Below are positions 1 through 9,758 of a stretch of DNA of 64,000 bases, piece by piece. The notes below the pieces were generated by a model, which worked only from the letters and a program-made list of their open reading frames with translations, was not told where the DNA came from and did no database searches. The translations under genes and the position numbers were made by a program. How positions within the stretch are numbered: the first letter of the stretch is position 1; every line of letters starts with the position of its first letter. Source of the DNA: Candidatus Latescibacterota bacterium (GTDB lineage Bacteria; Latescibacterota; UBA2968); assembly GCA_965204375.1 (NCBI GenBank), contig OZ241986.1:3392001-3456000 (forward strand), read 5' to 3'.

Positions 1-795
1 TTTCGGGGACCGGAAAACAAAACTGAATTGCAGGTCATATTTGGCCTGCCTTTAGACAATGTGGCCCTGCCTACAGACCCGGACACCACTGTGGTCGTCG
101 AGCGTCGCACCGCGCTTCTCTACCCCCGCGCCCTCGATTTTCAGAACACCAAAAGCGCATTGGCCATCGACATCACTGATGATATTCGGGACCGGGGTTT
201 ACAAGCCCTCAGCAGCGTGCGCCACATCGCCGCCCCCGGCGAGTACGAACTGGCCGTCGAAGCATGGCGTCAAAATACCAAGCGCATTGGCGCCTATCGC
301 CAGGGCGATCTTCGCTTGCCCGCCTATCACGACAAAAGCCATCTGATGATGAGCGACATCCAGGTCGCCTCCCGCATCATCGAAGCGGACCGCGCACCCG
401 ACACATCCTTTGTGCGCGGCGACCTCTACATTCAGCCGCAACCCTCGGCAGCCTTTGTCTCCGGCATGTCCATGTACGTTTACTTTGAAATCTACAACCT
501 CAAACGCGACGAATTTGGACAGACGCGCTACACCATCTCCTACGAAGTACAAAAACGCCAGGAAACCGGTTTCGCGCTCGTCTCCCTCCTCGCCAAATTG
601 GGCAAAAAAAATACCGAGGCCGTTGGCCTCAGCTTTGATCAAGTCGGTACAAACCCCGACGAAAACACCTATCTCGAAATGCCCCTCACCAATCTCGCAC
701 CCGGACGCTACACCCTCAAACTCACAATCACAGACAAAAACACCGACCAGACCACAAAAAAAGATGCTGTCTTTTTTCTTACGGGCACCCGATAA
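1..795 (+). CDS. C-terminal part of a large protein, probably GWxTD-domain family (5'-truncated by window edge)
   Basis: Frame is open from base 1 (FRGPENKTELQ...). 'SDIQVA', 'YVYFEIYNLKRDEFGQTRY' and 'LAPGRYTLKLTITD' match the Ig-like C-terminus typical of GWxTD proteins; the GWxTD motif itself is outside the window. Confidence 0.6.
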   Translation, partial: FRGPENKTELQVIFGLPLDNVALPTDPDTTVVVERRTALLYPRALDFQNTKSALAIDITDDIRDRGLQALSSVRHIAAPGEYELAVEAWRQNTKRIGAYRQGDLRLPAYHDKSHLMMSDIQVASRIIEADRAPDTSFVRGDLYIQPQPSAAFVSGMSMYVYFEIYNLKRDEFGQTRYTISYEVQKRQETGFALVSLLAKLGKKNTEAVGLSFDQVGTNPDENTYLEMPLTNLAPGRYTLKLTITDKNTDQTTKKDAVFFLTGTR

Positions 796-798
796 TCA

Positions 799-1329
799 TC
801 ACCCCGTTCTAATCACATACGTCTCTGCCACGCGGTCGTGAATCCCCTGCCCATCGGGGTGGCGGCGCGCCATGTGAATCAACACCACCCACCCCACTGT
901 ACCAATCACCATCGCAGTCGATGAAGCCACAGCCGATTGCGTCTCCACCTCCACCACCTCAATCCCCTCTCCATCCGAGGGTCGCTGGTACACCTCCTCT
1001 GGTGTCAACAGTGCCATCACAATAAACAGCACAAAAACCGGCGCCCACTTCACCACTGCACGTCGAAACGTCTGCACGTAATTCAACCCACCACCCTGGG
1101 CATCAATCACGCGCAACCCCAACAACATCTTGCCCGGCGTCTGGCCCATACTTCCCACAAATATCGCGGAATATATCACAATAAAAATAAAATCCACCAT
1201 CCACACACCCGCAGGCGATAGCAACATATTGCGCAGAACCACCGTCAGCACCAGGTGCAAAATCACAAAATCCAACACCGTTGCCAACAGACGCCGTCCT
1301 ATCCCGGCGATTTCGCTTTGCATCAACAT
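799..1329 (-). CDS. RDD family membrane protein
   Basis: 'AGIGRRLLATVLD', 'GQTPGKMLLGLRV', 'QGIHDRVAETYV' RDD motifs; hydrophobic helices. Confidence 0.9.
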   Translation of the reverse strand: MLMQSEIAGIGRRLLATVLDFVILHLVLTVVLRNMLLSPAGVWMVDFIFIVIYSAIFVGSMGQTPGKMLLGLRVIDAQGGGLNYVQTFRRAVVKWAPVFVLFIVMALLTPEEVYQRPSDGEGIEVVEVETQSAVASSTAMVIGTVGWVVLIHMARRHPDGQGIHDRVAETYVIRTG

Positions 1330-1346
1330 ATCTTCACCCCATCTCT

Positions 1347-2126
1347 CTAATCACTCCTCGCAATCAACGCTCTCGTCGTCGCAACGACAAGCCGCCTGGG
1401 TAATAAGCGCACAGTAAAAGCCAGCATCTTACTGATCAACCCGTGAATAGCCACGCGCTTACCCTTTTGCATAGCCCTGTATCCATACTTCGCCACGTCA
1501 GCCCCCGTGGGCAACCCGCGCATATCAAACAAACGCGAACCCGTTGCACCTGCAGCGCGTTGAAAACCCGTCTCCGTTGCCCCTGGACACAGCGCAGTCA
1601 CGCTCACACCCGTACCCTTTAACTCATTGGCAATCGCATCTGAAAACGACAACACATACGCCTTAGTCGCAAAATACACGGCCATCCTCGGACCGGGTTG
1701 AAACGCCGCAGTCGAAGCCACATTCAAAATTCTTCCCCGACCTCTATCAATCAAACCCGGCAAAAACAACTTGGTCAAATGCGTCAAAGCGACAATATTC
1801 ACCTGCAACATATCCGCTTCGGCCGTCCAATCTGTCTCAGCGTAAAAACCATAAACCCCAAACCCGGCATTATTCACCAGATAATCCACATCCCATCCCA
1901 ATTCCCTGACCCGGTCATAAACCTTCTCGGCCTCACCCGACACGGACAAATCGGCCACAATCACCTCAGCTCTTACACCGTATTCCTCCCGCACTTCTCC
2001 TGCCAATGCGTGCAACTTATCCTCGGACCGCGCCGACAAAATCACATCAACCCCATCAGCCGCAAACACCCGCGCCAATTCCAGACCAATACCACTCGAC
2101 GCGCCCGTAATCAGTGCTATAGCCAT
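1347..2126 (-). CDS. SDR family oxidoreductase (DltE-like)
   Basis: TGASSGIG, NNAG, YFATK (YxxxK). Confidence 0.95.
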   Translation of the reverse strand: MAIALITGASSGIGLELARVFAADGVDVILSARSEDKLHALAGEVREEYGVRAEVIVADLSVSGEAEKVYDRVRELGWDVDYLVNNAGFGVYGFYAETDWTAEADMLQVNIVALTHLTKLFLPGLIDRGRGRILNVASTAAFQPGPRMAVYFATKAYVLSFSDAIANELKGTGVSVTALCPGATETGFQRAAGATGSRLFDMRGLPTGADVAKYGYRAMQKGKRVAIHGLISKMLAFTVRLLPRRLVVATTRALIARSD

Positions 2127-2261
2127 AAGACCCGCCTCCTTTTACCTCAATATGCAAAAAAAATCGCGCAATCGCGAATGATAAATCTGCTTTACAGGTG
2201 CCCCAATAATAACTATTCTTGTCTCCCATAATCAGATTGTCCCACAAACACCGAGGCAACC

Positions 2262-3311
2262 ATGAAACTATTGCAATTCGCACAACCCGGGCGAGGCTCT
2301 CGCCTGGGGCTTGTCAAAAGCGACGACATCTTTGACCTCACAGCCTGCGCCCCACACCCTGCTTCGCTTCACGACCTCTATTACCGCCACGGGGGCAACA
2401 AAAACAGCATTGAAACCACAGTAGAGTCAATCAATATCCGCAATGCGCCGCGCCTCTCACTCCGCGACCTCCTGGACAACACGGACGACCCCGATCAACC
2501 GCACCTCATCAGCCCGGTAACCGCACCAACAGATGCACCACACAAACTGCGTATCTGGCTGGCGGGAGTCACCCATGAAGACAGCGCGAAATTGCGCGAA
2601 ATCGAAGCCAAACAGGCCACCGGTGATGCCGTCAACGTCTATGATCAAAAATACCGGGAATGCGCACAGGGCGGCACCCCCGAACTCTTTGCCAAAAACG
2701 ACACCGCCGCTCTCGTCGGACACGGCGGATGTATATCGCACCCGCACAACACCCAGCGCCTCGTACCTGAAACAGAACTCGTAACCATCTATGGCCTCAA
2801 TGCCACAGGCCAAATTGAGCGTTTGGGCTACACCGGCGGCAACGATTACACCGACAACGGCATCGAAGCCGAAAACCCACTCAACTTACCCCAGGCCAAA
2901 AACTGGTCCCACGGCTGTGCCAGCCTCGGACCCCTGATGGTCACCAACTCAGCCTATGACGACAGCAGCGTAGCCGTCTCTTGCGAAGTGATACGCAACA
3001 ACACGCGCATTGCCTACAAAGAAGGGCATACCGGACAAAACCATCTCAACATGCCCGACGGACTCTTCCACCTCGAACGATCGCTCTTTTCCCGCTTACC
3101 CCTTGAACCCGACACCCTGCAAATCCTCTACTGGGGCACACCCATCGTCTTTTCTGACGACGACCTCGAAAGCGGCTTGCGCGAAGGCGACCGCGTGTGC
3201 ATGACCTTTGACGGCATTGGACCGCTCGAAAATCCCATCACCGCCTTTCCGCAAACAAATCAACTGCAATGGCTGGAAAAAAGAAGTAAGAAGTTAGAAG
3301 GGAGAAGTTAG
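2262..3311 (+). CDS. Fumarylacetoacetate hydrolase family protein
   Basis: 'PELFAK', 'PETEL', 'GYTGGND', 'ENPLNLPQAK', 'GIGPLENPI'. Confidence 0.75.
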   Translation: MKLLQFAQPGRGSRLGLVKSDDIFDLTACAPHPASLHDLYYRHGGNKNSIETTVESINIRNAPRLSLRDLLDNTDDPDQPHLISPVTAPTDAPHKLRIWLAGVTHEDSAKLREIEAKQATGDAVNVYDQKYRECAQGGTPELFAKNDTAALVGHGGCISHPHNTQRLVPETELVTIYGLNATGQIERLGYTGGNDYTDNGIEAENPLNLPQAKNWSHGCASLGPLMVTNSAYDDSSVAVSCEVIRNNTRIAYKEGHTGQNHLNMPDGLFHLERSLFSRLPLEPDTLQILYWGTPIVFSDDDLESGLREGDRVCMTFDGIGPLENPITAFPQTNQLQWLEKRSKKLEGRS

Positions 3312-3314
3312 AAG
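3283..3314 (+). repeat. Short-period AGAAG(T/G) tandem repeat at the end of the FAH-family gene
   Basis: agaagtaagaagttagaagggagaagttagaag; pyrimidine counterparts (cttcacacttcac) lie at about 3352-3365 and 3433-3448. Confidence 0.5.
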
Positions 3315-3374
3315 GCCACCCAACACCACCCCAGGGCGGGTGCTTCTTCGCTCTTCACACTTCACAGCAATAAC

Positions 3375-3398
3375 GGGCGAGGCATGCCTCGCCCCTAC
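3375..3398 (-). repeat. GTAG-type REP palindrome
   Basis: Reverse complement reads GTAG-GGGCGAGGCATGCCTCGCCC: a GTAG tetranucleotide followed by a perfect palindrome. Confidence 0.75.
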
Positions 3399-3400
3399 AA

Positions 3401-3432
3401 TTATCTGTGTCCATCTGCGTTCATCTGCGGAT
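3401..3432 (-). repeat. ATCCGCAGAT-family intergenic repeat
   Basis: Reverse complement atccgcagatgaacgcagatggacacagataa; 30/32 identical to 59568-59599. Confidence 0.8.
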
Positions 3433-3460
3433 CACACTTCACACTTCCTCAGGAGGCACC

Positions 3461-3853
3461 ATGAACCGCTCGCTACTCATCGCACTCATTCTCACACTCA
3501 GTTCCCTCATCTCTCTCATCGTCACCGCATCTTTCGCCCAAATTCCCGACACCTACACCAACTTAAAAGTCCTGCCCAAAGACATCAAAAAAGCACAACT
3601 CATGCAATACATGAAAGATTTTAGCAAAGCACTGGGCGTGCGCTGTCACGCTTGCCACAAAGGAGAAGAAGGCCAATCCCTATCCACTTACGACTTCGCA
3701 TCAGACGAAAACCCCCGCAAAGACATCGCGCGCCTCATGATCACCCTGACACAAAAAATCAACGGCGAAATCCTCAAAGACTTCAAAGAAGGACAATTCA
3801 CCCAGATCACCTGCCAAACCTGCCATCGGGGACAACAAGTACCGGACGCCTGA
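3461..3853 (+). CDS. Secreted diheme c-type cytochrome (reaction-centre cytochrome c subunit-like family)
   Basis: AGGAGG RBS before ATG 3461; signal peptide; two CxxCH motifs (CHACH, CQTCH); 'NLKVLPKD...ALGVRC'. Confidence 0.85.
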   Translation: MNRSLLIALILTLSSLISLIVTASFAQIPDTYTNLKVLPKDIKKAQLMQYMKDFSKALGVRCHACHKGEEGQSLSTYDFASDENPRKDIARLMITLTQKINGEILKDFKEGQFTQITCQTCHRGQQVPDA

Positions 3854-4010
3854 CATCTCTTCTCCCCCCGGAAGATGCGAGATGTTCTGTTTTTTCGCCA
3901 TACTTTACCAACCAGTCAACTAATCATATCATTTTACTAATTAACAACATCTTATACAAATACATTCCCTTAAAATTTGCCATTCTCTCGCAAAAAAATA
4001 CGCTCTACAT

Positions 4011-4039
4011 TTGACAAAATTCATTATCCCTCGTAAATT
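4011..4039 (+). promoter_or_regulatory. Putative sigma70 promoter of the pdh operon
   Basis: TTGACA-17 nt-TAAATT upstream of aceE. Confidence 0.55.
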
Positions 4040-4117
4040 TCACACATCACAGACATTTGGATACGCGCGTATATTTCAAATACCCGTCATTGCACCACAG
4101 AACAAAGGGGTTTTACC

Positions 4118-6823
4118 ATGGCCGATTCTGTCGCACCAGATATATTTCGCGATACCGATCCCATCGAAACCGAAGAATGGATCGAATCTCTGGCTTATGT
4201 TCTGCAAAACGGCGGTCCTGACCGCGTGCGCTATTTGCTCGACCGCCTCGAACAAGAAGCCCAGAAAAGTCTGGGCGTTGACATACCCTTCGCACCTCAT
4301 ACGCCTTATACCAACACCATCCCACTCGACAAACAACTGCCCTATCCGGGCGACCGTGAAATCGAGCGCCGCATCAAAAGTCTCGTACGCTGGAATGCCA
4401 TGGCCATGGTCACCCGTGCCAATAAAGAAGCCGATGGCATTGGCGGTCACATCTCCACCTTTGCATCGGCTGCCACGCTATATGAAGTGGGTCAAAATCA
4501 CTTCTTCAAAGCGCCCAATGGCGATTTCTCTGGAGATCAGGTCTTTTTCCAGGGTCATGCCTCGCCCGGGATGTATGCCCGCGCCTTCCTCGAAGGTCGG
4601 CTAAGCACCGAACACCTCGAAAACTTCCGCCGAGAACTCCGCAATCCCGGCGGCCTGTCTTCCTATCCCCACCCCTATCTCATGCCCGACTTCTGGCAAT
4701 TCCCCACCGTCTCAATGGGACTTGGCCCCCTCGTGGGCATCTTCCAGGCCCGCTTCAACCGCTACCTCGAAGACCGCGGCCTCAAATCAACTCGCGATTC
4801 CAAAGTCTGGGTCTTCGTTGGCGACGGCGAAACAGACGAACCCGAAACCCTCGGCGCCATCAGCCTGGCAACCCGCGAACAACTCGACAACCTCATCTTT
4901 GTGATCAACTGCAACCTGCAACGCCTCGACGGTCCCGTGCGCGGCAATAGCAAAATCATCCAGGAACTCGAACAAGTCTTTCGCGGCGCTGGCTGGAATG
5001 TCATCAAAGTGATATGGGGAGACGATTGGGACGCACTACTCGAAAAAGACACCCAGGGTCTGCTTCAGGAGCGCATGGAAGAAGTCGTCGATGGCCAATA
5101 CCAGAAATACACCGTCGAATCCGGCGAATACATCCGCCGCGACTTTTTTGGCACCCATCCCGACCTGCTTAAAATGGTCGAACACCTCTCGGACGAACAA
5201 CTCCAAAAATTGCGTCGCGGGGGACACGACCCCGAAAAAGTGTACGCCGCATTCAAAGCTGCTGTGGAGCACAAGGGCGCACCAACTGTTATCCTGGCCA
5301 AAACCATCAAAGGCTATGGCCTGGGCGAAGCTGGCGAAGGCCGCAACATGACCCACCAGCAAAAAAAGCTCGAAGAAGACGAGATGCGAGAATTCAAACG
5401 CCGATTTGACATACCCATCTCTGACAGCGAAGTGGGCAAAGCACCCTTTTATCGTCCCCCCGACGACAGCCCTGAAATGCAGTACTTGCAACAACGCCGA
5501 AACGAACTCGGCGGATATTTGCCCGCCCGAAGCGTTCGGGCCAAACCCATTCAAGCACCCTCGCGCGACGTATTCGACGAAGCCTTCAAAGGTACAGGCG
5601 ACCGCCAGGCCTCTACGACCATGGCTTTTGCGCGTCTGTTTGCCAAACTCGCTCGCGATAAAGACATCGGCAAATTGCTCGTTCCCATCATCCCAGATGA
5701 AGCCCGCACCTTTGGTATGGATTCCCTCTTTCGGCAACTCGGCATCTACTCGCACATGGGACAGATATACGAACCCGTTGACGCGGGCAACATCAGCTAC
5801 TATCGGGAAGCGCAAGACGGCCAAATACTCGAAGAAGGCATCAACGAAGCCGGTGCCATGTCCTCATTCATCTGCGCTGGCACAGCTTATGCCACACACG
5901 GCGTCAACACCATCCCATTCTACATCTACTATTCCATGTTCGGCTTTCAGCGCGTGGGCGACCTCATGTGGCTGGCCGGCGATATCCGTTGCAAGGGCTT
6001 TCTCTTAGGCGGAACAGCTGGGCGCACCACGCTCAACGGCGAAGGTCTCCAGCACGAAGACGGACACAGCCACATTCTCGCCTCATCTGTTCCCAACTGC
6101 ATTGCCTACGACCCCGCCTATGCTTACGAAATTGCCATCATCATCCAGGACGGCATCCGACGCATGTACCAGGAACAGGAAGATGTCTATTACTACATGA
6201 CCCTGGGCAATGAAAACTACGAACACCCCCCCATGCCCAAAGGCGTTGAAGAAGGCATTGTCAAAGGCTTTTATCCGCTCAAGACGCACGAAACACAACA
6301 AGGCCAGCACAAAGTTCAGCTCTTTGGCAGTGCATCCATCCTTCGAGAAACCCTGCGCGCGCAAGAAATCCTCGCCGCCGAATACAATATTTCTGCCGAC
6401 GTGTGGAGCGTCACCTCATACAAAGAATTGCGGCGGGACGCGCTTGAAACCGAGCGGTGGAACATGCTGCACCCAACGCGGCGAAAGAAAAAGCCGTATA
6501 TCGTCAAAATACTCGAAAAAACCGATGGCCCAATCGTCGCTGCCTCCGATTACATGAAAGCCCTGCCCGAAATGATCCGCCCCTGGGTACCCGAAGACAT
6601 GATGGTACTCGGCACAGATGGATTTGGGCGCAGCGACACCCGCCAGGCTCTGCGCCGGCATTTTGAAGTTGACGCCGAATGCATCGCTGTGGGCACGCTT
6701 TACGTCCTGGCAAAACAGGGCAAAATCAAACGCGAACAGGTCGCTACAGCCATCGACGAACTCGGAATAGACCCCGAGAAAATTGATCCCGTATCAGCAG
6801 GCCCGGTCACGACGTATTATTAG
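4118..6823 (+). CDS. aceE: Pyruvate dehydrogenase E1 (homodimeric type)
   Basis: 'GGHISTFAS', 'SSYPHP..MPDFWQFPTVSMGLGP', TPP motif GDGETDEPE...NCNLQRLDGP. Confidence 0.98.
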   Translation: MADSVAPDIFRDTDPIETEEWIESLAYVLQNGGPDRVRYLLDRLEQEAQKSLGVDIPFAPHTPYTNTIPLDKQLPYPGDREIERRIKSLVRWNAMAMVTRANKEADGIGGHISTFASAATLYEVGQNHFFKAPNGDFSGDQVFFQGHASPGMYARAFLEGRLSTEHLENFRRELRNPGGLSSYPHPYLMPDFWQFPTVSMGLGPLVGIFQARFNRYLEDRGLKSTRDSKVWVFVGDGETDEPETLGAISLATREQLDNLIFVINCNLQRLDGPVRGNSKIIQELEQVFRGAGWNVIKVIWGDDWDALLEKDTQGLLQERMEEVVDGQYQKYTVESGEYIRRDFFGTHPDLLKMVEHLSDEQLQKLRRGGHDPEKVYAAFKAAVEHKGAPTVILAKTIKGYGLGEAGEGRNMTHQQKKLEEDEMREFKRRFDIPISDSEVGKAPFYRPPDDSPEMQYLQQRRNELGGYLPARSVRAKPIQAPSRDVFDEAFKGTGDRQASTTMAFARLFAKLARDKDIGKLLVPIIPDEARTFGMDSLFRQLGIYSHMGQIYEPVDAGNISYYREAQDGQILEEGINEAGAMSSFICAGTAYATHGVNTIPFYIYYSMFGFQRVGDLMWLAGDIRCKGFLLGGTAGRTTLNGEGLQHEDGHSHILASSVPNCIAYDPAYAYEIAIIIQDGIRRMYQEQEDVYYYMTLGNENYEHPPMPKGVEEGIVKGFYPLKTHETQQGQHKVQLFGSASILRETLRAQEILAAEYNISADVWSVTSYKELRRDALETERWNMLHPTRRKKKPYIVKILEKTDGPIVAASDYMKALPEMIRPWVPEDMMVLGTDGFGRSDTRQALRRHFEVDAECIAVGTLYVLAKQGKIKREQVATAIDELGIDPEKIDPVSAGPVTTYY

Positions 6824-6825
6824 TT

Positions 6826-6999
6826 TCTGGACATACTTATTCAGATAAGGACAATCCCGAACTTCGACGTCAGCTTCGTATGTTCCGCGACATCGTCCAG
6901 TTCTCAGCAGCATTCACTCAGGGTGTGCAACAAACCCGTGCGCTGGAGGCTCTGGTCATCCGCGACTGGCAACCAGAAACGAATAGGAACCTATTGTGA
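6826..6999 (+). pseudogene. C-terminal remnant of a possible GIY-YIG-like gene
   Basis: Stop-free frame SGHTYSDKDNPELRRQLRMFRDIVQFSAAFTQGVQQTRALEALVIRDWQPETNRNLL*. The 'ALEALVIR..QPETN' tail resembles GIY-YIG C-termini; the stop overlaps the next start (GTGA). Confidence 0.35.
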
Positions 7000-9758
7000 A
7001 CAATAGTGAATTACAATGGAATGGTGCGCGATGGTGGAAATTCGATTTTCACACGCATACACCGGCATCAGACGATTACGGCAAGGGGCCGAATCAGGCG
7101 GCTCTAAAAAAAATATTCCCCAGAGAATGGTTGCTCGAGTTTATGCGTGCCGGCGTTGATTGCATTGCGATCACAGACCACAACACAGGTGCCTGGATTG
7201 ATCGTATCAAGATAGCTCTCAGGGAACTCGAATCCGAGGAAATAGAGGATTTCAAACCGCTTCATATTTTCCCTGGTATGGAAATTTCAGTCGTCGGTGG
7301 TGTACATCTCCTGGCAATCATGGGATGCGATAAGACCACATCGGACCTCGACGCTCTTCGCGGTGCTGTGGGATATCGGGGAAAGCCAGGGCAGAGCGAT
7401 GGCGTTACAACCAAATCATTTGTCGAGGTAGTGAAGGCCATTGTATCGGCTGGTGGAATTGCTATTCCCGCCCATGTGGATGAAGAACAAAACGGGCTTT
7501 TTTTCTTACCGGGAACGACGTTACAGCAGGTATTGGAATGTGACGATATCTTTGCCATGGAACTCCTAGATCTGAATTTCCAAAAACCACAGACCTATAT
7601 TGAGAAGAAGCTAAACTGGACTGAAATTCTTGGCTCAGACGCTCACCATCCTATTGGAAAAACAGGACAACAGTATCCCGGCAGCCACTACACATGGGTC
7701 AAAATGGGATCACCCGACATTGAGGGATTGAGGCTGGCATTATTAGACGGTGTGCTTTCTGTGCGTCGGTCCGACCAGGTGGACCGTGATCCAAACGCGC
7801 ATGTGGATTCAATTATTGAAAAAATTGAGGTCTCTAATACGCGCCATCTGGGACGCGCCTGCCCCTTCACGTTCACGTTCAACCCCTGGCTCAACGCCAT
7901 TATCGGCGGCAGAGGCACTGGCAAGTCAACCGCTGTTGAGTTCCTCCGCATTGCCCTTCGACGGGAGTATGAACTGCCAGATGATTTGCAACCAGAGTTT
8001 GAAAAGTATAGTCAGGTCTATCTGGATAGAGAAGACAGCGGACTGCTTACACACGACGCTGTAATCAGAGTGATTTACCAAAAAAATGGTTCGCGGTTTC
8101 GCATCCAATGGAATCCTGCTGGGAGCCTTGAACCCATTCAAGAAGAGATTGATGGAAAATGGCGTCCTACAACAGGCGACATTCGGCAACGGTTTTCAGC
8201 ACGCATTTACAGCCAGAAACAAATATTTCAACTCGCAAATACACCGCTTGCATTGCTCCGGGTTGTGGATGATGCCCCGGAAGTCAATCACCAAGCCTGG
8301 GGCGGAAAATGGCAGGCGGAGGAAAGCCGCTTTCTTTCTTTACGTGCCAAGATCAGGGAAATAGAGGCCGGTCTTGACGAGGAGTCACATCTTCTGGGAG
8401 AACTTGACGACATCAAACGCAAACTGGCCCTCTTTGAACAGACAGGACATACTGAAATCCTTAAATCCTTCCAAAAGCGAATTCGCCAACAGCGAGATAT
8501 TGAAGAATGGGAAAAAAGCTGGACTCATATGGGAGACCAACTCCGCAAAGTCGCGCCTGAAATCGTACCAGATATTCTGGACGAAATGGCCTTTGATTCG
8601 AATTCAGCATCGGATAATGAACTCCAGGAATATGCCACCAGGGTACTCGCTCGTCTGGATGAAATCCGCAAAGGGATTGAAGCTCTTGCATCGCAAGTGG
8701 ATGCCGTTGTCGTCGCGTGGAAAGAAAACAGGGATAAGTCGCGATGGAAACAGGGCGTTGATAATGCTACACAAGCCTACCAGACATTGAGAGAAACACT
8801 GGCCCAAGAAGGGGCTGGTCATCCAGCCGCTTATGGCGAGCTGGTACAGTACCGGCAAATCATTGAGGAAAAATTAAAGAAATTAGATGAACGCAAAAAA
8901 CAGATCGTTGAATTGAATAATCAGGCCATGGAACAGTTACATCGACTCGTGGAAATCCGCCGGGAACTGACCGGGATCCGAAGGGAATTTCTCCGCAATA
9001 CGCTCGGAGAGAACCCATATATCCAAATACGAGTTCTCCCTTACGGCGCGAGCGAGACTGTGGAAGATGAATTTCGCCAATTACTCCAGAGACCGGACAG
9101 GGGATTTGACAGAGATATTGGAACACCGGATAGCGGCGAAGGATTGCTCGGCAAACTTTATGGAGACAGCAGCGATGCTGAGATCATTGAACAGCATCTT
9201 GCAAATATCAAGAACAAAATCAGGACAATTGATTCGGAAACCGTAGCAGATAAACGTTTCAGAACCCACATTCGCAAACTACCGCCCGAAGTCATTGACC
9301 GTCTTGATCTGTGGTTTCCAGAAGACTCTTTAGACGTTCAATACAGCCCAACCGGCGACGGAAAGCACTTCCGCTCCATCCGAGAGGGCTCGCCTGGACA
9401 GAAAACAGCGGCACTTTTAGCTTTTCTACTTTCTTATGGTGAAGAGCCATTGATTTTAGACCAGCCAGAGGACGATCTGGACAACCACCTGATCTATGAC
9501 TTAATTGTGACCCAATTGCGGCAGGTCAAACGCCATCGACAGGTCATCGTCGTCACGCACAATGCAAATATCGTGGTTAACGGTGATGCCGAATTAGTGG
9601 TTGCCCTTGAGGCGCGTAGTGGGGAAACGCAAAAAGAATGTGAAGGTAGTCTGCAAGAGAGGCGGGTAAGGGAGACCATTTGTGCCATTATGGAGGGTGG
9701 TCGCAAGGCGTTTGAAGATCGCTATCGCCGCATTACACTTGAGGAACACCGTGTTTGA
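6996..9758 (+). CDS. PHP phosphoesterase - coiled-coil ABC ATPase fusion (TrlF family / Ppl-like defence protein)
   Basis: PHP motifs DFHTHT, ITDHN, AHVD, GSDAH; Walker A GGRGTGKS; signature SPGQK; Walker B LILDQPEDDLD; H-loop VTHNAN. Confidence 0.88.
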   Translation: MNNSELQWNGARWWKFDFHTHTPASDDYGKGPNQAALKKIFPREWLLEFMRAGVDCIAITDHNTGAWIDRIKIALRELESEEIEDFKPLHIFPGMEISVVGGVHLLAIMGCDKTTSDLDALRGAVGYRGKPGQSDGVTTKSFVEVVKAIVSAGGIAIPAHVDEEQNGLFFLPGTTLQQVLECDDIFAMELLDLNFQKPQTYIEKKLNWTEILGSDAHHPIGKTGQQYPGSHYTWVKMGSPDIEGLRLALLDGVLSVRRSDQVDRDPNAHVDSIIEKIEVSNTRHLGRACPFTFTFNPWLNAIIGGRGTGKSTAVEFLRIALRREYELPDDLQPEFEKYSQVYLDREDSGLLTHDAVIRVIYQKNGSRFRIQWNPAGSLEPIQEEIDGKWRPTTGDIRQRFSARIYSQKQIFQLANTPLALLRVVDDAPEVNHQAWGGKWQAEESRFLSLRAKIREIEAGLDEESHLLGELDDIKRKLALFEQTGHTEILKSFQKRIRQQRDIEEWEKSWTHMGDQLRKVAPEIVPDILDEMAFDSNSASDNELQEYATRVLARLDEIRKGIEALASQVDAVVVAWKENRDKSRWKQGVDNATQAYQTLRETLAQEGAGHPAAYGELVQYRQIIEEKLKKLDERKKQIVELNNQAMEQLHRLVEIRRELTGIRREFLRNTLGENPYIQIRVLPYGASETVEDEFRQLLQRPDRGFDRDIGTPDSGEGLLGKLYGDSSDAEIIEQHLANIKNKIRTIDSETVADKRFRTHIRKLPPEVIDRLDLWFPEDSLDVQYSPTGDGKHFRSIREGSPGQKTAALLAFLLSYGEEPLILDQPEDDLDNHLIYDLIVTQLRQVKRHRQVIVVTHNANIVVNGDAELVVALEARSGETQKECEGSLQERRVRETICAIMEGGRKAFEDRYRRITLEEHRV

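Noticed and set aside
3461-3853. Photosynthesis gene
   Set aside because: Only family-level similarity of a small diheme cytochrome; no puf or bch genes present.
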